A DNA stretch of 62,273 nt from a virus: IMG/VR virus record IMGVR_UViG_3300046054_000005, positions 1 through 62,273 of that record, one strand, 5' to 3'. The notes beneath the pieces are model-generated. The model was not told the origin of the DNA, made no database searches, and saw nothing but the letters and a program-made list of their open reading frames with translations. The position numbers and the translations under genes are program-made. This document shows positions 19,082 to 26,105 of the stretch, in pieces (the stretch's first letter is position 1; each line of letters begins with the position of its first letter).

Positions 19082-19127
19082 AGGGGTGTTTTGTCTACGG
19101 GGCTGGGAATCTCGTTAGGCGGGTTCT

Positions 19128-19460
19128 TTAGAAGTCGCGTCCCACCACGGTCTCGCGCGCCCGCCGCTTCTGTGCTCGCGTTGCGCCGGGGCCGGCCTGC
19201 TGACTGACCATCGAATCGATGGCGCGGTCGTTCTTGCACTGCGGGCAGTCGTCTTGGTAAGAGCGCTCATGCTTATCGCAGTATCCGGTTTCTTGGCGGC
19301 GCTGGAGTTCTTTGTGCGCCTGCTTCAAGAGCTGGCAGTTACGCTTGAGCATAAGGCTATCGTCGTCTCGCTTCCTCTCCAACTCTTCGACGCGCGCTTC
19401 AAGGCGCGTCACCCGCCTAAAAAGCTGGAGGAGCGTTATTTCTTTGAGGGCAGAGGTCAT
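19128..19460 (-). CDS. Hypothetical coiled-coil / Cys-pair protein.
   Basis: 110-aa ORF containing CDKH...CPQC. Confidence 0.5.
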   Translation of the reverse strand: MTSALKEITLLQLFRRVTRLEARVEELERKRDDDSLMLKRNCQLLKQAHKELQRRQETGYCDKHERSYQDDCPQCKNDRAIDSMVSQQAGPGATRAQKRRARETVVGRDF

Positions 19461-19502
19461 GGCAATTTGGGGGTTTGGGGGTGTGTTTGGTTTCGGCAGG
19501 TA

Positions 19503-19709
19503 CTACTGCGTTGCAGTGTCCAGAATATCGTGAGCGATGTGGGCGGGCAGGTAGCCGCTCAACGCGAGGCGCGCTTGCTCACGGGTGGTAAAGTCGGAAA
19601 ACCCAGTGAGCACGCCCAGCGACTCCAGAGCGTCCTCTTTGTCGCTCTGGCTAACGTGGGTAAGGTTGCGGATACCTTGTCGGACGGAGGTGACGTTGAC
19701 GTTTTTCAT
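19503..19709 (-). CDS. Hypothetical small protein.
   Basis: 68-aa ORF. Confidence 0.45.
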   Translation of the reverse strand: MKNVNVTSVRQGIRNLTHVSQSDKEDALESLGVLTGFSDFTTREQARLALSGYLPAHIAHDILDTATQ

Positions 19710-19743
19710 GGCAGGTAGTGTCTGGTGAGTGAGCGTGTTTGGT

Positions 19744-19805
19744 TACTGCGACTGCGCCCGCGCCGCGCAGTTTCGGCCCCAACCAAAGGGCCTCATCAGG
19801 CAGCA
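19744..19805 (-). ncRNA. Hammerhead ribozyme candidate, type I.
   Basis: Minus-strand RNA: UGCUGC CUGAUGA GGCCC-UUUGGUUG-GGGCC GAAA CUGCGC-GGCGCGG-GCGCAG UC^GCAGUA. The core UGA is the stop of ORF 19796..20050. Confidence 0.75.
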
Positions 19806-20050
19806 TATGCATATACTTTATCGTGGTCAAGGTCGCCCTCGTTAAGGAACGTCATGAAGACGACGTGCTCAACCGCTTCTTCCCTATTCTTGTAGTAGAA
19901 TACCTTACGCTTTCCATCGTGCCGCGTGAAGATCAGCTTGCCACAGTGCGACCAATAGTTGAAGTTGTCGCCATGAACGAGAACGCGGAAGTCGCCATTC
20001 TCGCAAGTCCGAACTGTGGCGTCGAAGATTTCGCGGGTGCAAGTGTCCAT
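19796..20050 (-). CDS. Hypothetical small protein.
   Basis: 84-aa ORF. Confidence 0.5.
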   Translation of the reverse strand: MDTCTREIFDATVRTCENGDFRVLVHGDNFNYWSHCGKLIFTRHDGKRKVFYYKNREEAVEHVVFMTFLNEGDLDHDKVYAYAA

Positions 20051-20174
20051 CGTATTGAGGGAGTGTGAGTGAGCGTGTTTGGCGCGTTGTGTTAGGGTAA
20101 AGGCACTAAAAGCACAGGGGTTTCTTGGGGAAAGCCATTTAATACACTCTTTACATTCTATTCAAGGCGGTGCT
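20051..20174 (-). promoter_or_regulatory. Conserved early promoter/leader module, copy 1.
   Basis: Minus-strand TTGAAT-15/17 nt-TATTAAAT, then the GGCTTTCCCCAAGAAACCCCTG and TTTACCCTAACACAAC blocks, then a CA-rich leader to the ATG. Homologous to five other copies. Confidence 0.6.
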
Positions 20175-20585
20175 TTACTTCGCCCAGAGGTCGAGACCCA
20201 GCCCGTGGCGCGCGCACGCCCGCCGGAACGCCTGCGCCTCGCTATTCGAGAACGGGTCTCCGAACCCGCTCCCGTCGAAGTCGGCTTCGCCCACGCCCTC
20301 GCGGGACACATCGTGATCGGCGCATCGCAGGACGACGCGCACTTTCGTACGCACTTTGCCGATGGCTTCGAAGGCTTCGCACTCGATTACGTAGAAGTCG
20401 AAGTGCCCGTTCGTGTAGAAGTCCAGCATTTTCTGGAGCGAGTACCAAGGCACGTAGTCAGCTTTGCGCCCGTTGCCAACCTTTTTCTGGTGAATCAGGC
20501 GGTCGGGGATCGGCTTCTGCAAGTCGGTGCGCACATCGGCATAGGGGCGCTGTCCCTTGCGGTCTTCATTTTGTTCGTCAGACAT
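20175..20585 (-). CDS. Rad52/Sak-like single-strand annealing protein.
   Basis: YVPWYSLQKML ... SNSEAQAFRRACARHGLGLDLW resembles the Rad52-family C-terminal A.K.A..DA.KRA...FG.G..LY motif. Confidence 0.55.
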   Translation of the reverse strand: MSDEQNEDRKGQRPYADVRTDLQKPIPDRLIHQKKVGNGRKADYVPWYSLQKMLDFYTNGHFDFYVIECEAFEAIGKVRTKVRVVLRCADHDVSREGVGEADFDGSGFGDPFSNSEAQAFRRACARHGLGLDLWAK

Positions 20586-20629
20586 GGGTTGTTAGCGCGT
20601 TTAGTGAAAGGCACGAAGAGTGGTTCTAC

Positions 20630-21016
20630 TCACATCTTGAATTCAATACGATGGAGGGCCTTTCGGCACATCCTGCGCACGGACTTTTCCACATCCCATT
20701 TGCCTACGTCGCGAGGACGCTCCGCCCCGGGAATGTAGTGGCGAACCGTGCCGCAGGACATAGCGAGGCGGACCGGGTCATCAAGGCCCATCTTGTGACC
20801 AAAGCAGGCTGCTGAACGGCCCGGCGTGGCGTAGCCGCTGACGGCAAACATCTCGTCGGGAACGGTCTCGTTGGTCACCTCGCCGTCGAACCGTACAGAC
20901 CCGTGGTCGCTGTACCTCTCCAGTTCTAATCGTGCTTTCCAATCGGTGCCTTCGCGCTCGCATTTGAGGCCGAGGGTCAGGTTGTGGTCTTTACCGGAGA
21001 CGTCGTCAAAGGTCAT
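20630..21016 (-). CDS. Hypothetical protein.
   Basis: 128-aa ORF. Confidence 0.45.
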   Translation of the reverse strand: MTFDDVSGKDHNLTLGLKCEREGTDWKARLELERYSDHGSVRFDGEVTNETVPDEMFAVSGYATPGRSAACFGHKMGLDDPVRLAMSCGTVRHYIPGAERPRDVGKWDVEKSVRRMCRKALHRIEFKM

Positions 21017-21306
21017 GATGAGGTGAGGGGGTGTGGTGCGTCGTTAGCTCGCGGGTCGTAGATGTCCGCCGGTTCGATCCTTTCGAGGCGGTACGTGTAG
21101 TCGCGGCGGTCGGGGTCGTAGCCGTTTTTGCGAAGAGCCATTTGGTACTCCTGTTCAGCGTAGAAGGCAAGTGTGCCCCTCCCGGCAAGCTCTTGCGCTT
21201 TGAATCGCACCTCCGCCTCGGTTTCCGCATTGATGTGGAATTCGGCCCAGAAGAAGGCATTAGCCATTCTGACGGTGTAGGTCGAGCGCGTGTTCATTTC
21301 ATTCAT
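21013..21306 (-). CDS. Hypothetical protein.
   Basis: 97-aa ORF with an ATGA overlap onto the next gene. Confidence 0.45.
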   Translation of the reverse strand: MNEMNTRSTYTVRMANAFFWAEFHINAETEAEVRFKAQELAGRGTLAFYAEQEYQMALRKNGYDPDRRDYTYRLERIEPADIYDPRANDAPHPLTSS

Positions 21307-21334
21307 AACCTGTGATCGAGAACGTCAATGCGGG

Positions 21335-21730
21335 CTACAAGGAAGCCGCCTCAAGCTCGCGGTTCAAATCTACGCAAGCTCGTTCGAGCGCATTTGTCGA
21401 GTACCCGCGACGGGGAGGGTGGCTGGGGATCCCAGCGATTTCTTCAAGGCGCTTTTCGGAGAGGTCGAGCCGGGGCGTAATGTCGCCCCGGCGCATCCAG
21501 ACCGCATTTCCCATGAGTATACGCGCAGCAAGCACCTGTGCGGAGAGGTCTTTCGCTTCGCGATAGTACATTTCCGGTCGGGGAATCCGAGTGCCGTTGC
21601 TCACCAGCCGCACCTCTTCGTACAGGTCCGAAAGGTAGGCCGTCCAGAACGAATCCAAGCGACCCGCGCGAGCACCAGCGCTCACCTTGCGAACCTTTTC
21701 AATTTTTGACGGCGGGATGAAAATACGCAT
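21335..21730 (-). CDS. Hypothetical protein.
   Basis: 131-aa ORF. Confidence 0.45.
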   Translation of the reverse strand: MRIFIPPSKIEKVRKVSAGARAGRLDSFWTAYLSDLYEEVRLVSNGTRIPRPEMYYREAKDLSAQVLAARILMGNAVWMRRGDITPRLDLSEKRLEEIAGIPSHPPRRGYSTNALERACVDLNRELEAASL

Positions 21731-21760
21731 AGCAGCACCGGAGATGAAGAACGGCTGGAA

Positions 21761-21808
21761 GGCCCCGGCAGCGGGATCGAACCGCTGCTTGCCCGTCCAG
21801 GCGGGGCG
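21761..21808 (-). other. tRNA-like minihelix (acceptor-like stem plus canonical T-arm) in an intergenic spacer.
   Basis: Minus-strand RNA GCCCCG-CCUGGACGGGCAAG-CAGCGG-UUCGAUC-CCGCUG-CGGGGC-C. There is no D arm or anticodon arm. Confidence 0.35.
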
Positions 21809-21814
21809 GTCTTT

Positions 21815-22129
21815 TCAGGCACGTTCGATGCGGTCGGCGAAGTGCTCGCGCGCCACGTCCACCTTGCCCTTCCGCTGGCACCAGTCGAAGGCGTCCGCTT
21901 CGGAGAGGGCATGGATGGCGGACCCCCAGCCGCGCATTCCGTCGGACGTAGTGGACCCGTAGTGCGTCTTCGCGTGACCCTCTCCGGCAAGGAACCAGCG
22001 CCCCTTTTCAGTGCGGTAGAGCGTCTCGCGATAGTAATCGAAGTCAGTGGTGCTACCACCGGTTGAGTAGCTGGCAATTTCTTCGGCGGTGGCGGTGTCG
22101 TAGAGTTTGCCGTCAATGAGGTCTTGCAT
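21815..22129 (-). CDS. Hypothetical protein.
   Basis: 104-aa ORF. Confidence 0.45.
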   Translation of the reverse strand: MQDLIDGKLYDTATAEEIASYSTGGSTTDFDYYRETLYRTEKGRWFLAGEGHAKTHYGSTTSDGMRGWGSAIHALSEADAFDWCQRKGKVDVAREHFADRIERA

Positions 22130-22161
22130 GGTACTGGTGTATTGGTGAGTGTGTGAGTGCG

Positions 22162-22248
22162 TCGGACAGAGCGTCCGGCGGGCTGTACCGCGACGCCCCC
22201 TTCACGGAGAGGGCGTTTCGGGTGCGGCCAACACCCTCATCAGGCAGC
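22162..22248 (-). ncRNA. Hammerhead ribozyme candidate, type I, followed by a 3' flanking hairpin.
   Basis: Minus-strand RNA: GCUGC CUGAUGA GGGUG-UUGGCCG-CACCC GAAA CGCCCUCU-CCGUGA-AGGGGGCG UC^GCGGU, then hairpin CGGAC-GCUCU-GUCCG. The core UGA is the stop of the 22240..22500 gene. Confidence 0.75.
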
Positions 22249-22500
22249 GAACCAATCGTCGAGTGCGGTAGTCATGTCTTTGTCGGTGGCAGGCAGGTAC
22301 ACTTCAAGCTCGCCATCTCGAAAGCGCTGGACGAGGAAAACCCGTGGCGTGCCCCCTTCGTCAATGCCGGAGACCATGTGAATGACGGGGTATCCGTCTT
22401 CCTCGGTGTCATACTCACCATTCCCGTACTCATGGGTGACGATCTTGTCGTTTTGACCGCTGCCGATATCGTATGTGAGGTGCTTTTGGGTCAAGGTCAT
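22240..22500 (-). CDS. Hypothetical small protein (86 aa, MTLTQKHL...).
   Basis: Internal ATG of track ORF 22240..22785. The longer version would overlap the upstream gene and the leader. Confidence 0.5.
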   Translation of the reverse strand: MTLTQKHLTYDIGSGQNDKIVTHEYGNGEYDTEEDGYPVIHMVSGIDEGGTPRVFLVQRFRDGELEVYLPATDKDMTTALDDWFAA

Positions 22501-22594
22501 AGTGTCGAGGGGGGGGGGCGGTGTGAGTGTGAGTGCAGACCCCACTGCGGGCGATGATCCCGCTGCGGCCTCACCGGGTGGGGCGCGTGAAAGA

Positions 22595-23155
22595 TCACAC
22601 GGCTTCGATAACCGCGCGGCGGCGTTCTTCCGGCAGGTCTGCGAGGCTGTCCGCCAGCGCCTGCTCCTGCGGCGTGAGGCCGCCCTCATCGTCCCGTTCG
22701 ATGATTTCCGTGTCCCACCCCATGACGCTTTCCTCCGCAAGCGTAACGGGCACGTCGCGGACTTCCAGCACGGCGTTCTTGGCATTCCATTCGGGGTACT
22801 TGCGCGAGCCGCCGCCTTTCAGGGTGCCTTCGATGAGGGCGACCCCTTCACCGAGGTCAGGCTTTTCATCGCGGGAGCGGAGGCGCAGGACAACCCGCCC
22901 GAACGCCGTCAGGTCCTCGCGGTCGCTGTCCTTGTCGGTCGTCATCCGCACGTCTACGGTCGCCACGTCACTGCCATCGGTGCCGTAGACCTCGAACAGC
23001 TTTTCCCGAACGCGCTCCTCGTCGCGGCAGTCGAACGCCCAGACCTCGCCGGTCCAGTTGCCGTTCAGGTTGCGTGCGAAGTTGACGAACTTCTCGTGGT
23101 AAGGCGAGTCAACGTTGATTTGGCCGTTGTCGGTGGTGATGCTTACGTTGCTCAT
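22595..23155 (-). CDS. Hypothetical protein.
   Basis: 186-aa ORF, first gene after promoter copy 2. Confidence 0.5.
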   Translation of the reverse strand: MSNVSITTDNGQINVDSPYHEKFVNFARNLNGNWTGEVWAFDCRDEERVREKLFEVYGTDGSDVATVDVRMTTDKDSDREDLTAFGRVVLRLRSRDEKPDLGEGVALIEGTLKGGGSRKYPEWNAKNAVLEVRDVPVTLAEESVMGWDTEIIERDDEGGLTPQEQALADSLADLPEERRRAVIEAV

Positions 23156-23286
23156 GGTAAAGAGTGGTGTGTTTTGGTGATGAGTGCGAGTGTGTTTTCC
23201 CTTCCCCCTTGTTGTGTTGGAATAAAAGCATTAAAGGGACAGGGGTTTCCTCGCAATACCCTTTTAATAAGCGCTTAACATTCTAA
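23156..23286 (-). promoter_or_regulatory. Conserved early promoter/leader module, copy 2.
   Basis: Minus-strand TTGATT ... TTATTAAAAGGG ... GAGGAAACCCCTG ... CA-rich leader. Aligns with the other copies. Confidence 0.6.
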
Positions 23287-25290
23287 TCAAGCGGGAAGCT
23301 GTTCCCCAAGCGCCGCCTCCACGACCCCGTCGTTGAGCTGGCGCCGGTACTTGCGCACCAGCTTGCGCGCGTAGTGGGCCTGCTTATCGGTGAGGCTCTC
23401 GTACCCGGCGAGCGAGTGACCGAATTCCGTATCCGCCTTGTTGAAGCCCATACCATCCAGCGAGCGCGCCCCATCGCAGTAAGCGGAGAGCGTCTTCACG
23501 CCTTTCAGGATAGCTTCTTTTTCCTCGTCGGTAGTCTCGGTGATCTCCTCGCGCGTCGAAGAGGCGACACTGTCGTTCAACTCTTCGTCCGCGCCGCTCG
23601 GCACGATATCGAGGTCCACCTCGTCGGCCTCATAGAAGCCGTCCTCGAAGTCTTCGTTCATGGCGGCGTCGATGTTTTTCTGCTTGCGCACGTTTTTCTG
23701 GGCAATGCGGGCTTCGAGGCTCTCGTTCACAACGAGGTACTGGACGTGCACCGTGTCGTCCTGTCCTATCCGGTGGCAACGGTCCTCGCACTGGCGGTTC
23801 ACAGAGGGCGTCCAGTCGATCTCCGCGAAGACGACGTGCGAGGCGGCGGTGAGCGTGATGCCCGTCCCAGCAGCGTGAATGCTCCCGATGAAGACGCGCG
23901 TATCGGGGTCCCCCTGAAAGCGGTCAACGACCTGCTGCCGCTCCTTCTGCGGCGTGTCGCCCGTGAGCGAGACGGCGCGCTCCCCGAATTCGTCCTGGAG
24001 CCGAGCGATCACGTCCTTGTGGTGGGCGAAGACGACGACCTTTTCTTCCGACTCGAGCACAGAGTTGACGTGCTGGATGACGTGCCCCGCCTTCTCAACG
24101 GCGATCTTTTTACGGATCTCCGCGATGCGCTCAAACGCCACCTTGCGGGCCTCTTTGAGCTTCTCGACGGCCTCGCGGTACGCCTCGTCGTCGTCGTTGA
24201 CTTCGGCGCGAGCCTTCCGGCGCTTGAGATCGGCGATGCGGTCCTCGTGCTCCTCGTATGCTTCGCGTTCTTCCTGAACGAGGCCGCCCATGCCGTTCTG
24301 CGCAAGCGGGATCACCTGCCGCATCTTATCCGGCAGGTCGGTGAGCACGTCCTCCTTCTGCCGCCGTACCATCACCGACGAGCGCAGCCGCTCCTGAAGC
24401 TCGCCCAGATTGGTCGCGCCGTCCATGTCCCAGCCCCAGCGCGTCTTCTTCGCGCCGCAGTACGTCTTGGCGTAGGACCAAAAGTCGAACTCGTCGGTGA
24501 GTTCGGAGACCTGCTGCCAGAGTTCGATGGGACGATTCTTGATCGGCGTCCCGGTCAGGAAGAGGCGGCGGTCGGCCTCGATCTCTTGGGCCGCCTGTGT
24601 GCGCTTCGCCTTCCGGTTCTTGATGAAGTGTGACTCGTCGAGGACGAGGAGTTCGGGACCGTGCTCGTTGATGATGGCGGGCACTTCATTACGGGTGGAC
24701 AGCAGCGCGTAGTTAACGATCTCGACGTCAGCGGTCATGGGTCCCTCATCGTAGACATTGACTTCCAAGTCGCCCGTAAGCCACGTCCGCGCCTCGCGCG
24801 CCCAATTCTGCTTCAACGAGGCGGGGCAGACAACCACGACCGTATCGAGACCCAATTTATTGACAGTGCCCAGCGCCTGAATCGTTTTACCCAGCCCCAT
24901 CTCGTCAGCGATCAGCACGCCGTCCTCGCCGCTTTCGTACTTCTCGACCGCATACTGGATGCCGGCACGCTGGAAGTCGTAGTATTCGAGGTCGTCGGGG
25001 GCGGGCACCTCGTAGTCGCTATTTTCGGCCCGCGAGAGGTCCTGAAAGTGCGCGGCCTCTTCGAGCTGCTCTTCGAACTCGGCCCGCAGCCAGTCGAGGT
25101 TTTCCGCCCCGATTTCGTCGAGCATATCGACAATCTCCGGTCGGTAATCGACCGTCCAGTGATCTCCGGTCCAGCTTCGGTGCGTTTCTTCCCACGGCAG
25201 AGACTTGATAGCGTCCTTATCCTCGTAGTCGGAGTCAAGGATGACTTTAAGGCCGTATTGGGTCTCGGTGATGCGCTTGGCAGTAATCAT
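23287..25290 (-). CDS. SNF2-family (SF2) helicase / ATP-dependent translocase.
   Basis: Motifs DEMGLGKT, LVLDESHFIKN, LTGTPIKN and the helicase-C block GTGITLTAASHVVFAE..W.P....Q..DR.HRIGQ. Confidence 0.85.
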   Translation of the reverse strand: MITAKRITETQYGLKVILDSDYEDKDAIKSLPWEETHRSWTGDHWTVDYRPEIVDMLDEIGAENLDWLRAEFEEQLEEAAHFQDLSRAENSDYEVPAPDDLEYYDFQRAGIQYAVEKYESGEDGVLIADEMGLGKTIQALGTVNKLGLDTVVVVCPASLKQNWAREARTWLTGDLEVNVYDEGPMTADVEIVNYALLSTRNEVPAIINEHGPELLVLDESHFIKNRKAKRTQAAQEIEADRRLFLTGTPIKNRPIELWQQVSELTDEFDFWSYAKTYCGAKKTRWGWDMDGATNLGELQERLRSSVMVRRQKEDVLTDLPDKMRQVIPLAQNGMGGLVQEEREAYEEHEDRIADLKRRKARAEVNDDDEAYREAVEKLKEARKVAFERIAEIRKKIAVEKAGHVIQHVNSVLESEEKVVVFAHHKDVIARLQDEFGERAVSLTGDTPQKERQQVVDRFQGDPDTRVFIGSIHAAGTGITLTAASHVVFAEIDWTPSVNRQCEDRCHRIGQDDTVHVQYLVVNESLEARIAQKNVRKQKNIDAAMNEDFEDGFYEADEVDLDIVPSGADEELNDSVASSTREEITETTDEEKEAILKGVKTLSAYCDGARSLDGMGFNKADTEFGHSLAGYESLTDKQAHYARKLVRKYRRQLNDGVVEAALGEQLPA

Positions 25291-25420
25291 GGCGTGTGTG
25301 GTGTGTTTGGTGATGAGTGCGAGTGTATTTCCCCCTCGTTGTGTTAGGGTAAATACACCTAAGGCACATGGGTTTCCTTGAAAAAGCCCTTTAATATTTT
25401 CTTTACAACCTATTCAAGCC
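25291..25420 (-). promoter_or_regulatory. Conserved early promoter/leader module, copy 3.
   Basis: Minus-strand TTGAAT-AGGTTGTAAAGAAAATATTAAAGGGC ... GGAAACCC ... TTTACCCTAACACAAC ... CACCAAACACACC-ATG. Confidence 0.6.
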
Positions 25421-25435
25421 GGGACCCCGTATTTT

Positions 25436-25459
25436 TGAACGGTTATTCAGAACCGTTCA
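25436..25459. promoter_or_regulatory. Perfect palindrome TGAACGGTT-N6-AACCGTTCA (operator or hairpin) between the HTH gene stop and promoter copy 3.
   Basis: 9-bp arms read directly from the sequence. No U-tract follows on either strand. Confidence 0.4.
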
Positions 25460-25465
25460 CATGGA

Positions 25466-25885
25466 TCAGTTACGACGGCGGGCGAGGGCGAGCGCAGCGT
25501 CTGCTACGTCACGGGGGTTTTCCATAACGTGACGGTGTAGCAGCCGGAGCGAAATAGCATACTTAGCGCTCACCTCGGCACTCCCCGATTCGTATTGAGT
25601 GACGCGGTTGCTACTATAACTAAGGGCAGGCGCGAACTCCGTCTGCCGTATGATTTCGCCGTGCCCGTGACGATCTGCCATGACCTCGTAATACTCTTTT
25701 TCGGTCATAGTCTCCGCCACAGCGTCGTTCATTTCCTGCCGGATTCGAGACACGTCTTCATCATCCATCGGAGAGGTATCCACAACTCCGTCGAACACAC
25801 TCTCTTCGATTTGTGGTTTGCTTCTGGAGATAGCCATTTCGGGGGGCGATTCGTTTTTTGGAAAAGGGGTAGCAGTAAATGGCAT
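25466..25885 (-). CDS. HTH (XRE-like) transcriptional regulator candidate.
   Basis: The C-terminal half LSYSSNRVTQYESGSAEVSAKYAISL is HTH_3-like. The gene is divergent from the replication operon. An alternative start exists at 25837. Confidence 0.45.
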   Translation of the reverse strand: MPFTATPFPKNESPPEMAISRSKPQIEESVFDGVVDTSPMDDEDVSRIRQEMNDAVAETMTEKEYYEVMADRHGHGEIIRQTEFAPALSYSSNRVTQYESGSAEVSAKYAISLRLLHRHVMENPRDVADAALALARRRN

Positions 25886-25965
25886 TCTCTATAAAAGGTT
25901 TCCCTATGAAAAAAATATCCGGTGCGATGAAACCTTTCCAAACGGGATGGATTTGTAAGATTGAA

Positions 25966-26088
25966 CGAGACACAGCAGCCTACTTACCGATCATTCCCTT
26001 GGCCCCACCGGGCTGACAGGGTTGCAGCTGCTGTGTCTCGGCTTGTAACCAACGCAACCCTCCAGCACCCGGTGGGGCTTCTTTATTC
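25966..26088 (+). promoter_or_regulatory. Interleaved inverted repeats in the divergent control region. The outermost stem is followed by a T-rich run.
   Basis: Three pairings: 25966-79 with 26027-40 (14 bp), 26003-12 with 26068-77 (10 bp), and 26018-25 with 26054-61 (8 bp). The sequence cttctttatt follows. Confidence 0.45.
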
Positions 26089-26105
26089 AATCTCCCTCTT
26101 TACCA

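Noticed and set aside
19082-19127. A hammerhead relic (minus-strand CCGCCUAACGAG after the stop of ORF 19128..19460).
   Set aside because: The core is mutated (CUAACGA) and the rest of the ribozyme is missing. At most it is a decayed copy.
22240-22785. The 181-aa version of this ORF.
   Set aside because: The N-terminal 95 codons overlap the 3' end of ORF 22595..23155 and the structured spacer and leader. The internal ATG at 22500 sits at the end of the CA-rich leader, as at other genes.
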